Source of the DNA: Antedon mediterranea
Lineage: Eukaryota > Animalia > Echinodermata
Direction: 5' to 3'
Length of the DNA: 64,000 nucleotides
Assembly (NCBI RefSeq): GCF_964355755.1
Contig: NC_092679.1
Location: 4,184,201 to 4,248,200 of the forward strand
Position 1 is the first letter of the stretch. Each line of letters opens with the position of its first letter. The notes beneath the pieces are model-generated. The model worked only from the letters and a program-made list of their open reading frames with translations, was not told the DNA's origin and did not search any database. The position numbers and the translations under genes were made by a program. Of this stretch, positions 50,621 to 64,000 are shown one piece after another.

Positions 50621-53268
50621 TTAACATGTTTTTGGTTTCTTAGCTGGAGGCTGTCCATCACTTCTTTGTTCACATTCCTGAAAAAAAAAAATCAAATTAT
50701 ATTAGAATGTATTATAGATAGTATAGTAACACCTATATATATAACATCTCCAGTGCGTCATAAACAGATAGATAAACCAGTACATCGGGGTAACTCTTTA
50801 CTCTTCCGAAAGATGTACTGTACCACTAGTTTTAAGTCCTTTGGAAAAGAATTGTTCTACCACCAGAACTATGGTCAAGGAGAGCCTTGAATCAGTGCTG
50901 ATTGTACAGCTATGGTTTGCGACCACCTGTCGAATTTATCACCGCCTCTCGACTTGAAAAAAGCCTCTCCATGGAAACTTTATTACATCTAACAACCATA
51001 CAACAGAATACAATGCTAAAAATGTGCAGTTCAAATTGTGATTAATTACTAGATATTGCACATGTTTATGCAAATTACTTACCTTCATAACAGCAATTAG
51101 GCGATCTACTGTTGGTCTGTCACTAGGGACTTTACTGCGGTACATTAGACGTAACACGCCTTCTTCATCAACAACAAAATCACCGCCCATCTGAAAGTGT
51201 TGACAGAGCTTTAATACCTGATACTGTACCATGAATAATTTAAAATGCAAATTAGACCAAATTAGCATATTCACCTGATGTGGATCATCTTCAACATTTT
51301 CGAATGATTTTGGTAGACTCCTACCCAGTGCTTTTTGTTGCCCATAATACTTCATTGAATCCATATTCCATACCTTTTTAATTGATCTTCCCAGACCAAA
51401 TGCCTTATATAGCTGTCGATAAATTCAAAATAATATATTGAAATCTAAATATACCTCATGATGTAATGGCATGTCAAGTCACAGTAGAACCCTGTCTTTT
51501 TGGTAACCCTACTAAGGGGACACTTTCCTCTGAATCAAACAAGAGGCATATGTTTTAACACTGCAGCCAACTCTATTTGAAGGAACCCTAGTCATTGTCT
51601 CATTAGGATTAGAAAGATCAGGAAGTCCCCTGCAAATGGCACAAACCTGTCTATCTTCATCTACAAATAATGGAAATTCACACTTGGTCGACTCGAGCCA
51701 CATTCTTGCCCCGACGATGGATCCAAATGAAACGACGACAATATTTCCACGAAGATCTCCTTGTTCATTTCGTCGGTCCTGAAGCTCTTGGACATGGTCG
51801 CGTCACGGAAGTCAGGCCAAATGCCGCAGCAAAACCAGAGTAACTGGGTTCCCTTTGTCTTTAACGTACTTGCTGAGGTTTATTACACTATTTTGAAACA
51901 CAAAACAATTTTTCATTAAGTGCCTACAAATAACTGCTATACTTGTTTATAATAGAGCTATTTATTATGTATACGTCTACTCAAGGCAATCTAACAACAG
52001 GACACTGAGCTCGCCAAGATAGGAACTAGTAACAGTCCTTTGATCTTATGTCTGGCTGTGACAAATACCAACAGTACTGTACTATGTACACATTCTCCTG
52101 GCGCCCTGTGTCTGTTAAGTGGCGTGGAACTGATCGTGTCGCAGCCACAGATAGATCCTTTGATTTCCGGTGCTCAGCACTCTGTTGTTAGAATGCCTTG
52201 TTGGTCTACTTTACCTTGAGTCTTTGGAATTGGTTAGTGATATGTCTGGAGGGACCTCGTCTCCCTGGCTAACTTCACTTGTAGATGAATCATTATTCAG
52301 TTGTTTGTCAACATTTGTTAAGAAACTCTCCCAATCTTCCTGTCATGAACAAATGTACTAATTTAAAGATCTGTCTACACTATCTGTGATGTGCCCATAT
52401 ATGGACATGATGTCATATCACTGCCATATTTGTGCATATCACCACCATATTTGGGCACATCACACTTTTTTTTTCAAACTTTGTTTGATAGTGTAGACAG
52501 AGCTTAATAATAGGCCGAACAAATAAGTTATGCGGGGAAGAACAACCCTTTGTGTTGATCTGGCCTCCGTGGATCAAAGTTTGAACTTAAATTTTTAATT
52601 GATTGTGATAACATACCTGCACCTCCTCTACGCCTTCAAATGCTTCTTGGACCTCGATGTGCTGGAAGTATTCCTTACAGAGATCTTCAATAGACGACCA
52701 ACTAGTTAATTGCAAGCTGGACGAATTGAATATAAAAGTGAGTACAGTTCAGGCTGAAGGTTTATTTACATTATACAGTATTTGCAGTAATTATTAATTG
52801 GTCTATGAATTTATCCAGGTAAATAACATGCCATTTGTAAGTTAAGGTATTGTAAGGTATTGTAGGATTTTGGGGTGATGTGCATTTTTAATTTTATGGA
52901 AAATTTACCTTGTCAACGTGTTATAAATTGTTCCTATGCTTCTTCCAAGTTTTGATACCTTTGTGCACATGAAATCTTCAACACATACTGTTTAAAAAAA
53001 TAGAAAAAAAATAATACTGTTGTATTTCGCAATTTACAGTAGATTTAGATAATATTCAAAAAATTCCACTGACAATCATTCATGGCAGCAGATAACTGTT
53101 TATAGTGTTTACAGTATAAAGATAAACCTAACCTTTAAAATCGTTCTGTGCTTCATCAAGTATTTCTCTGATATTAAATGCATGTTGTTTCAGTGTTTCT
53201 GATAGTTGGTGAAACCGAGCACCGGTCTGAGTTAGGGAATCCCCAACCGAGGAGGGAATTCCCGTCAT
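50621..53268 (-). CDS. SELENOL: Selenoprotein L (PRXL2/AhpC-like thioredoxin fold, UxxU motif), 327 aa
   Basis: Eight exons: 53268-53133, 52987-52909, 52716-52617, 52339-52215, 51887-51647, 51412-51275, 51190-51083, 50677-50621. LVLLRHLA-TGA-LP-TGA-RDHV, with the downstream motifs VVVSFG, LYKAFGL, QMGGDFVVD and DRP; SECIS present. Confidence 0.93.
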
Positions 53269-53405
53269 GTTTCTACAATCACGTCACCTGACTTGTGGTG
53301 CGTGGCGCGCACTGCTGACATAATTGTGTATAGCACGTGATCTATCTACTATTGACCAATCGATGAGGGCGGTAGTAAAAGTTTTCAAAACGTAGTCGGC
53401 GAAAA
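53269..53405. promoter_or_regulatory. Bidirectional promoter between SELENOL and DNAJC17
   Basis: ATGs are 137 bp apart. CRE-like TCACGTCA, E-box CACGTG, CCAAT and GGGCGG motifs are present. Confidence 0.7.
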
Positions 53406-56400
53406 ATGGCGAAATCTAAAAAAGATCTGAATGTTTTGGATCTTGATTTATATTCGATTTTAGACGTCCCTCCAGAAGCTACTGAATCAGAAGTATATTT
53501 GACTATATATATTTAATGTTCATTAGTGGCATGATACAAGATTATGCTATAGTGTAGGCTAGACACTTTAGCCTAAATAGGCTAGCTAGTCCTAGGCTAG
53601 GATTAGGCCAAGTTGAGCCGCCGACAAGTTGAGCCGCCGCCAGAAAAACGTTATTTTCTATGAAACGCCAAATGCTAACTTTCGCCGGTGCTCGTTTTTT
53701 ATTTAATAGAAGTTCTATTTTCATTAGGGATAACGAAGTTTATATATTACACTTTTTAGTATAGTATTAAATATTACACTTTAAAGAACTATAATATGAA
53801 AATCTGACTTGTACTTGTAGATTCCAAAATAAAAGACCTAAAACATCACCGAAAATGATCGTTTTTAGCCAAAAATGACGTAAACATGTTGCCCTCTCAG
53901 GTTAAATAATTACATAAAATCACCATTTTTTAGGAAAATATTTTGTGTATTAAAATTGTAAAATTCAATAAAATATGATATTAAAAGATAGTAAATAAAA
54001 AATAATTATTACTTAACCTCATTCGAAGAATATCAATACTCTATTATATTAGTTATTTGGGTAGGCCTACACGTCCACGCGAGACAAATATAGAGTGCAC
54101 GGCATTTTTACCTTGAAAGATTACTTTCCTTTGCTGTGTTGTTTATGGTGGTTCAAACCAACATTGTAGTATGTAATTATATATCATTTATTTTCATGAC
54201 ACAATACACATAAAGACCATGAACTTGTACTAGGACACCGCTCTAATCACTACGCGAAATGTCGTAAAAGACGCGCTGGGCGTTTCATAGAAATTACCTG
54301 CGGCTCAACTTGTCGGCGGCCCAACCGGTCATATGCCCTAGGCTAAACAGTTTTATTTCTAGCTAGCTAGAGAAGTCGGCAGGGAATTTCGATCGTTCAG
54401 AGGGTAGAATGAGCCATCCGAATGAGCCTAGTCTTGGCTAGTAGTAAGACGTGATTTCCAGGTGATTTTTATCATACATCTGGACTAGATTTACCATATA
54501 TACAGTATTAACTATTGTTATATTATATATTTGTACCAAACACATTTTTTCCCTTATCAGATAAAGAAAGCTTACAGAAAGAAAGCTTTGAAATGCCATC
54601 CTGACAAGAACCCAGATGATGCCAAGGCAGGTACTGTAATTAATGTCCTCCAGCCCAGTTTTATTTTAACAGTTTTGTTTGCACCCTCATTTGGCATACA
54701 CCCTTTTTTAAGCCCCTGTTTTTGTATACAAACTATATTCTTAAATAAAGGCATACTAATATTTTTTAAATAAACATAATTCTGTATTACAAATTCAATT
54801 TTATCGGACATAAAGTTTTAATCGTTTTTTAATATTTTTGAAGATTAACATTTAACAACTTTTATTTTTTTTACAGCTGCAGAATGGGAAAAACTTGCCA
54901 AAACTTTAGAAGTATTGATAGATGCAACAGCAAGGGTAAAGTAGTGTCTTTCCTTTACAATAATACTTATTCAAAGACAAAGGCTAAATTTGCTGCTTTT
55001 TTTTATAAAAATAATAAATTAATATAGTTGTGAGATACGAACAATTGTGGACTCCCAAAAATTATAATGTATGATTTCAGTTTTTAATATTTCGGTACTA
55101 ATGGTATTATATGATATTTCTAAGTTAGAATCAAGCAACGTATACCAACTGATATCTTTTACAGGCTGCATATGACAGATTATTAAAAGCAAGAAAAGCT
55201 GTTGAATTAAGAAACAGAACTTTAGATAATAAGAGAAGAAAAATAAAAGAAGGTAACTTTATCTGTTAGTGTTAGTTATTAGTTGGTTTATATACCCATT
55301 TATGGGTGTCTTCACACTAGCTCAATATATACAAACTAATATATACATGTCTATGCATGCTATGCAATCATTTTTATTATACAGATCTTGAAGCTAGAGA
55401 AGCTGCTGTTTATGAAGATGTGAGTGAAAGCCCAGCAGATGCTGCTGCCAGACTTCAACAAGAGGTATGACACGGTACTTTTAGAAAGTAAAGAATAGGC
55501 AGTACTGAATATTATAGTTTAATATTATAATCCATGACATTACTCAATCTTATCGCGGTTTTTGTTGCAGATAATACGTTTACGAGAAGAGGGATCGGAA
55601 CAGCTGAGACGAGAACAAGATGAAATGCAAAAACAACTTGAAAAAGATAATGATATTAATGGTAAGGGATTTTTATTTATCAGTACGACACAAACGATTG
55701 TGCCCTCTATTAAATATAGTCTTCTAAGAACGTTATTATTGCTTTATCTTTGCAGATGAAGAAACTCCAAAATTAAAGGTGAAATGGAAGGCGAAAAAGA
55801 GCGATGAAACTAATGGTGGATATAATTATGGGATGTTGCATAAATTATTTAACAAGGTAATATTTTTATAAATACTTTAAAACACCCCTACTTAAAGGGG
55901 ACACTTTTCCATAAAATAAACATGGACCAATATATGTTTTTTTAACACTACAGCCAACTATTCAGAGGACACTTTGTTTGCCCATATAAGGTCCTTAATA
56001 AATAGCCCTACTGGCAAACATAAAAAAAGAAACAGAACTTACGCGCAATGTCGAATGATGACTAGCATTTAATGACTGTACATTTAATTGCCTTAATTTT
56101 AGTATGACTTTAATTTTCATGTAAAAAAAAATTAATTAAAATTACACTTTCTAATATTCTTTTAGTATGGTGAAGTAACAACGTTGTTAATCTCAACTAA
56201 AAAGAAAGGTAGTGCTATTGTGGAATACAGCTCAGCAAACAGTGCAGTAAGTATTTATTGATTATTCAAATATTTGAAATAATTTGAAAAAACTAAATTT
56301 AATTGATGATATTTATAAAAAACACTGCAATACTAGAAACTGAGAAACTATTTGCCCTAGAGTGGGTTGGGTGGTGACCAAGCTTAGGAAAATCCCACCT

Positions 56401-57200
56401 TTTTTGGAGTATTAACAATCTGTTTCATATGATAGAGTTTATTGAATTAATTATTTTAAAGAAAGAATAACTTAAAAGTGCAAATTATAACTCTTAATTT
56501 TTCTAATTTTCTTACCAATATCTTTTTTTAGTTGAATGCTGTACAACTTGAACAAGGACTTGTATCCAATCCTCTCCAGATCATGTGGCTTGCTGGCAAA
56601 CCATCATCTACAGTTCAACCATCAGTGTGTATCATTTTTTAATAAACTAATCCTCAGCAATTTCATGCATTTTGAATTAATAGAAAGGACTTCAAGGGCC
56701 TACCATTTGTAAAATAATGTGCTGACATTATGTTCTATTCTTTAAATTGTAATTGACCCCGATCAGGGGTCGGTCACTCAAGTATCATTTGATCATCAAT
56801 ATCATAATAACAATTGTAAAATATACTGATCATTCGTAACTCATTAAGTGAGAGTCCAATTTTATTTCCCAAAAAATTGTTATGGTCACATAAATGTTCC
56901 TCTAATGACCTTTTAAACTTTTTTATTCATTAGACCATAGACTGTGAACTTGCAGTTCTTACTAAGCTAAAAGAAGCGCAGCAACGAAAGAGAGAAGCAG
57001 AGACTGTTGCGAATTTTGAAGAAGAAACGTTTAAAAAAAGACATGATATGACAAACTCTACATCAGATGCTAATACTAGCAGTTTTCAGAAATCAAATTT
57101 AAACACTGCAATGGACTTTGAGAATTTAGCTGCAAGAAACATGCGTCAAGCCGAAGAAAGAAGAAAAATTATTGAAGAAATGGAAAGAAATGACCGATAG
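53406..57200 (+). CDS. DNAJC17: DnaJ homolog subfamily C member 17 (Cwc23-like; J domain + RRM)
   Basis: DLYSILDV..|[72 protein letters not shown]; about 10 exons. Confidence 0.92.
53608..54330. mobile_element. Non-autonomous DNA transposon in DNAJC17 intron 1
   Basis: Inverted subterminal repeats gagccgccgacaagttgagccgc / gcggctcaacttgtcggcggc. Confidence 0.7.
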
Positions 57201-57732
57201 CAAACATGATAATAAATTTTTTTTTTGTAACTAAACAATGTTATTTATAGTTTGATTATTTTGTTTAATGTTTCAATCTGAAATTAAAGTTTCATCATTT
57301 ATTTAAATAATTGTTTCTATATGTTTACAAAAACCTATGTCAAAAAGATAATTAACTCCCAATGCAATCACGTTCAAAAGTTACACTACTGGCAAGACTG
57401 ATAAGATAATGATACAGCAGGCATCACATTATCAAGTTACTAAAAGTAATCAGGGTTATACTAGCAGCAACAGAAATACAGTATAATGTTACACACATAT
57501 ATTGCGCTTTTGGCGCTTCATACTTAGTTAGTTACGCTTGAGCGAGTTTCCTGTGTTGTGACGTCGTGTGTGTTGACTTGCCTGGGCGCGCTCTTTCCGC
57601 GAAAAAAAAACAAACCACCACCGAGTGTGTGACACATGTTCTTGGATTGGTGGTCGATTAGTTGGGCCTAGGCTAGACCGAAAGCTACATATTTCTTGTT
57701 TAAGAAGAAGACAAATTATATTGTATTCCGAA

Positions 57733-60700
57733 ATGTCTGACAGTGATCATGACTTTCCATATAGAGTGGAATATGCAAAAAGTGGTAGAGCTAGCTGTAA
57801 ATTGTGTAAAGATACGATAGGAAAAGAAAGCCTTCGACTGGCTAGGATGATACAGGTAAGAAGTTTTATGAGGCGGCTAGCTAACTAGGCTAGCCTAGGT
57901 CCAAATGCTGCATGTGCTACCTGACACTGACAGTTTGGCCTAGGCCTACTGCTGATTGATTCGTGGGTGGAGGATTCCTCCATTGTTTGTGGAACTGATC
58001 TTACAATTTGCCAAATTTTACAACATTTTTATTAATAATATTGTAATTTAGTTATTCTAATAAAAAAGTGCATGCTAAATAAATAAAGCCTAAATAAAAG
58101 GCTTTTAAACAATTTAAATAACAGTAAAACCTAAAAGTTAAATTATTTTGCACTAGCGAGGTTTTTTATGTAATGTACAGTAACTAGGCCTACATTAAAT
58201 GATTTATTGCTCATAATTTTGTATTTTATGTTTTGTTTATATTTCATGTGACTACTACATAAATAAAATAGTGTTTTATAGTTTGTGAAAAAAAGAAAAT
58301 ATTGACTTATTTATAACAAGTTATATAATTGAAATTATTAATAGTGTTTTCATTAATACAGTCTCCTGTTTTTGATGGAAGAATACCCAACTGGTATCAT
58401 TTCGGGTGCTTTTGGAAGAAGTCAACAGTTCAGAACTTTACTGATATTGGTATGCTAGTGTATTCTTTACTGATATTGGTATGCTAGTGTATTCTTTACT
58501 GATATTGGTATGCTAGTGTATTCTTTACTGATATTGGTATGCTAGTGTATTCTTTACTGATATTGGTATGCTAGTGTATTCTTTACTGATATTGGTATGC
58601 TAGTGTATTCTTTACTGATATTGGTATGCTAGTGTATTCTTTACTGATATTGGTATGCTAGTGTATTCTTTACTGATATTGGTATGCTAGTGTATTCTTT
58701 ACTGATATTGGTATGCTAGTGTATTCTTTACTGATATTGGTATGCTAGTGTATTCTTTACTGATATTGGTATGCTAGTGTATTCTTTACTGATATTGGTA
58801 TGCTAGTGTATTCTTTACTGATATTGGTATGCTAGTGTATTCTTTACTGATATTGGTATGCTAGTGTATTCTTTACTGATATTGGTATGCTAGTGTATTC
58901 TTTACTGATATTGGTATGCTAGTGTATTCTTTACTGATATTGGTATGCTAGTGTATTCTTTACTGATATTGGTATGCTAGTGTATTCTTTACTGATATTG
59001 GTATGCTAGTGTATTCTTTACTGATATTGGTATGCTAGTGTATTCTTTACTGATATTGGTATGCTAGTGTATTCTTTACTGATATTGGTATGCTAGTGTA
59101 TTCTTTACTGATATTGGTATGCTAGTGTATTCTTTACTGATATTGGTATGCTAGTGTATTCTTTACTGATATTGGTATGCTAGTGTATTCTTTACTGATA
59201 TTGGTATGCTAGTGTATTCTTTACTGATATTGGTATGCTAGTGTATTCTTTACTGATATTGGTATGCTAGTGTATTCTTTACTGATATTGGTATGCTAGT
59301 GTATTCTTTACTGATATTGGTATGCTAGTGTATTCTTTACTGATATTGGTATGCTAGTGTATTCTTTACTGATATTGGTATGCTAGTGTATTCTTTACTG
59401 ATATTGGTATGCTAGTGTATTCTTTACTGATATTGGTATGCTAGTGTATTCTTTACTGATATTGGTATGCTAGTGTATTCTTTACTGATATTGGTATGCT
59501 AGTGTATTCTTTACTGATATTGGTATGCTAGTGTATTCTTTACTGATATTGGTATGCTAGTGTATTCTTTACTGATATTGGTATGCTAGTGTATTCTTTA
59601 CTGATATTGGTATGCTAGTGTATTCTTTACTGATATTGGTATGCTAGTGTATTCTTTACTGATATTGGTATGCTAGTGTATTCTTTACTGATATTGGTAT
59701 GCTAGTGTATTCTTTACTGATATTGGTATGCTAGTGTATTCTTTACTGATATTGGTATGCTAGTGTATTTCAATCTAATAATAATATGACAAAGTAACAT
59801 TCATTTAGTTTAGTACAAAGGTAAAATAATGAAATTTAAGTTTCAAGGTAAAATGTAACCGATAATTTTTATCTAATTTTAACAATTTTTAGCCTCTTAA
59901 CTTTTTGTGTGTGTTTTTGTAAATTGTATTTTATATTTTTGTATTTTGCCAGTTTTCAAATCACATTTCTGTTTTTTAAATGGACAATAAAGTATATATG
60001 ACTATGACTATGACTACATTTTTATGATGGTATGTGGAAACTTTAGAAACGGCAAATTAATGTTTTATTAATTTGCCTAAATACCGAAATGTGCTGATAA
60101 AACTGTAACATCAAACTATATAGATGTTCTATTGAACTGAAGGCTAAAATATGTAGCTTATTTGATCAACTGTTATAGTACAAATATAGAGTATCACGGT
60201 GCTGACGTCACGACGGTAAGTGGTGCTGCATGGTTTTTAGCGCAACCAAAAATGCGTTCAGCCTGCCTGAGTGACTCCAAGATCACCAATGGTTTGCAGT
60301 AGGCTTATTGAAGTAGTCATTTTAAAACTTAATAATTTTCAATAAAAACAAACTAAAATTTCATAAAATCATTAAATATTTGTTTTTAATAATCTACTTA
60401 TTCTTCAACTACAGTTTAAGTTTAAAAAAATCAAGCTATGGTACATAATTTGATAGAAATACAGATTTTTACTGTTTATCAACATAGTAGCGCTAAACGC
60501 ATTTTTTGGTTGGCTAGCAATCATGCAGCGCCCTCTATCGTTGTGACGTCCCACCATGATACTCTATAGGCTTATAAAGTTATTCTCATTTCCTGTATCT
60601 TATTACATACTAACTATCAATTAAATTAATTTGTAATACATATACCACCAGCATTATAAAGTCGGGGAAGAGTGAAATTTCATTATTTCTTGATAAGATA

Positions 60701-63223
60701 CTGGCATAGGTTAATATTACTAAAACAATTATCCATGGTCTATAGTTTACTGGATGATACAGTTGATTCCTTTGTCAATTTGTTTATTTTATTTATTTAT
60801 TTGGGTGGCTTCACCTTTGGAATGTTTGGCACTCACAAAAACTGTTGTGCTACCAAAGACTAATCAACAAACTGAAATAGGTTAATTAAATAAAATAATA
60901 AAATAGTTTTTATTTTGTATCTGTTTTTTTATTTATTTTTATCTGTTGAATGACTGTCTATCTGTATATAGAACGCACCGTGTATGAACGGGTGCCACTT
61001 GTGTGGTTTCAATAAATTATTATTATATTTTTTATAATATGTGTATGTAAGTTAATACAGTAGTCAGAGTGTGCATAGTTAGCAGTAATACTTCTGAGGA
61101 AATGTTATTACTTTCTTGTTCTAAAGCAAACCCACTAGCAATAGCATGCATATTAGATTGGCTAATCAAGCCTCAAGTACTTGACTTTAACAGTTACGTA
61201 ATTATAAAAATCTACTACTGCTACTAGCAAATTGGCAGTTTGCTCCGAGAGTAAACTTCAAGCCCTGCTTCTTTATTTTTTGCACAGGTGGTGTTGACAA
61301 CATTCGTTGGGAGGATCAGGAGAAAATAAAAGCCAAGTTATCAGCGATTGATTCTGGTGGAGCTGCCACCAAGGGTAAAGGAAAAAAGGGGTCAATTAAT
61401 CAACTACCTGACTTCACCGTAGAATATGCAAAATCAAACCGAAGCAAATGCAGAGCATGTGAGGACAAGATAGAAAAGGTACATCATTAGATTTGTAATA
61501 TAATCAAGCTTGTTTAACTACAACCCATTACATCCTAAAGCTCTTGTCTACACTATCAAACAAAAAATGTGATGTGATTGTGATTGTAGAAAGGAATAGT
61601 TAAAATAAAAGAAAATAATGAAAAAAGTGGATAATACATATAAAAGTATATATATATATATATTTGACCGAATTGTTTCGATCAAATCGTACTAAAGATT
61701 AAAGAAAGTACAAGAAAATAACAGAACAGAATAACAAGAGAATATATATTTGGATGAAGTGTAAAATCATTGTATTGATCATTTGAGAATGAAATGAATA
61801 AAATAGTGGTTAACGCCACAAAAGAGAAAAAAAAAAATGTGATGTGCCCATATGTAGATGATGTCATACCATATTAAAAATTGTCGCCAAACTAGTTTGA
61901 TAGTGTAGACTCTGTCTACACTATCAAATCTTATAGTATGTGACAAAAAAGTGTGATGTGCCCAAATAAAGTAGTGATATGCTTAAATATGGTAGTGATA
62001 TGACATCATCATGTCCATATATTGACACATAAAGTTTGATAGTGCTTTAAGACAAACTGGTAGAGTTAGGGTGTTGTGGCTTACATAGATGACACATTTT
62101 GTGTCTGTACATTCAATGCTTTTAGTGTACAATTAACTGTTTTACTAGAAAACAATTGAGTGTACCATTTTAGTGTACGAATCTGATGTAATTCAGCGTT
62201 GTATCCAATCAGAATGTTTCCTATGATGATACCAAGAAGCATTCTGAAGAACGAAAGGGCTTAATTTTTACTACTTTAATTAAATACATCTCCTGGATTT
62301 GGTGCGTCCATTCCCTTACCGATGATGTCATTACAATCATGTCTCCTTCAGACCCAAACATTTGTTATTTTGACTTTACTTGTAGGACACTGTACGTATC
62401 TCAAAAGAGGACTACGAGATGGCGGCAGAAAAGAACATTCCCGGTCCTGTTGCCTTGTGGCATCACATCGACTGCTTCGTCGATCCTGGCAGACTAGAAG
62501 AGCTGGGGTGGAAGGACACGTACTCCGGTGAACAGTTAACTGGCTTCAAAAGACTTAAAGCGGAGGATCAGAAGATTTTAAAAAAGAAGCTAGCACCGTA
62601 AGTAAGATTGAAAATATTTGGGATTATTAATATTAATTATTATTTATACTGGGTAGCCTCTTCAGTAAAAGACTGTTCTCCCAGTGTATAGTACTATGAT
62701 GAGTTTGTGGCAGTGGCTGTGTATGAACTAGTACACCGTTGTGACCCCCTACTTGTCTCGAAAGATGTACTAGGTTTATTAAAGTGCACATGTACCAGAT
62801 GTGTACACTGGACCTACAAGAAGACTCGTTCTACAACCAGAACCATGGAGCACCGATGTTATGGCTACGTATTACGGTTCCGCTGTCTTAACCACTCGGT
62901 CACTCACTCAGGATTTAGACATGGATATTGTCAAAACATAACTTAACAGATTATTACGTACAGTATGTATTACACTGCTGCAGTGAGGCTATTGTATTTT
63001 TAACCAGAAGATTATTATGGGTTCCATAAATGTAAACGTCTAGTTTGGGTATTGTGCCTGGAAAATAATGTGTTTTTTCCATGTCTGGATGAACATTTTT
63101 TCTACATTTTTAAATCAGTTATATTTTGTTTTTACAGAAAGAGAAAAATAAAGGATGAAACAGATTCAGTTCCTAACAAAAAGATAAAGAAGGAACTAGA
63201 TGAACGAGAACAACAAATGAAGG
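57733..63223 (+). CDS. PARP1: Poly(ADP-ribose) polymerase 1, 5' part (zinc fingers 1 and 2, NLS region); continues beyond the window
   Basis: Exons 57733-57855 ([16 protein letters not shown]), 58362-58449 ([17 protein letters not shown]), 61288-61478 ([26 protein letters not shown]), 62386-62597 (WHHIDCF) and 63138-63223. Confidence 0.95.
58436..59769. repeat. Perfect 29-bp minisatellite, 46 copies, spanning the PARP1 exon 2/intron 2 junction
   Basis: Unit CTTTACTGATATTG|GTATGCTAGTGTATT; 1334 bp = 46 x 29. Confidence 0.95.
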
Positions 63224-63819
63224 TCAGTTAAATATTTTATTACAACCAAAAAAACTTCAGTCTTTCCCCCCCCCCCCAAAAAATATAAAATTGATTAAAA
63301 AATGTTTGTTTTGTTTTTATTTTTCAATAGACTAGTATGTATTTATGTAATGTTGCATTTTCTAGTGTCTAGTCTTATTACCAAGCTTGTTGGCCTACAG
63401 TTAGTAGTACGGTACTCAACTGTTTAGTTTAGTAAAGCAGGCTTAATTATCGATGATGTGCCAAATAAAACATTAAGTGTGTAGTGAAGATATATGTAGA
63501 CAGGATGACGTTTCGATCGAATTGTCGGCGGACTGTTGAAATGTTTACAAAACGGCTAGCAGTACACGTATCATCATAACACGCAACGTACGTTACACAT
63601 GGTTTTCGCGGAATAATCGCTACATGTGTAAACAAACGCGCATCTCCGGTTGCTGCTGATGAGTGTGATTGTTACGCATCGGGCACAAAGTCAATACAGT
63701 CGCGCGCTTGGGCGATGCGGCCCTACAACAAAGGCGCCGCTTTGATGGATCGTGTTGCATGCCGCGCTCTTGATATTCTCTTGTCATTTTGTATTTTCTT
63801 TTAATTAAGTAAATAACTA

Positions 63820-64000
63820 TAATAAATGTAGAGTGCCGGCAGTAACTAATTTTTTTGAAAAAATGCCAAAAACTGGGAATAAATGTAGAGTGCCAGCAGT
63901 AACTAACCGGAATAAATGTAGAGTGCCGGCAACTACTAACTGTGAATAAATGTAGAGTGCCTACAGTAAATAACTGGGAATAAATGTATAGTGCCGGCAG
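63820..64000. repeat. Tandem repeat of ~34-bp units (AATAAATGTAGAGTGCCGGCAGTAACT)
   Basis: At least five imperfect copies running to the window end. Confidence 0.85.

Noticed and set aside
58436-59769. CRISPR-like array
   Set aside because: Head-to-tail repeats without spacers, no cas genes, eukaryotic intron
40007-63223. Functional DNA-damage cluster (RNF8 near PARP1)
   Set aside because: Separated by unrelated genes; proximity alone is not evidence without conserved synteny

Overview
AT-rich, intron-rich animal genomic DNA from a marine invertebrate (an echinoderm is a plausible but unproven guess). All gene models were spliced by hand. In order: a two-Ig-domain surface-protein gene (+, 2.2-4.9 kb); a leaderless 240-aa protein with a 12-strand IL-1-like beta-trefoil pattern and IL-1-type intron positions (-, 8.2-10.9 kb); a paralogous two-Ig type-I membrane protein transcribed head-to-head with it (+, 13.9-17.1 kb); ZFYVE21; NEPRO (with a U12-type intron); a 10-exon FLYWCH/MULE-transposase-derived gene; RNF8 with a triplicated two-exon zinc-knuckle terminal cassette; selenoprotein L (UxxU, with a clear SECIS); DNAJC17; and the 5' part of PARP1. 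Many MITEs, tRNA-derived SINEs and tandem repeats lie in introns. The strongest candidate for an undescribed system is the 1.6-17 kb module: a putative invertebrate IL-1-family cytokine with a caspase-type site and a 3'UTR AU-rich element, flanked by two TIR-less Ig receptors and surrounded by NF-kB, IRF and AP-1 sites. No database searches were run; family calls rest on remembered motifs.
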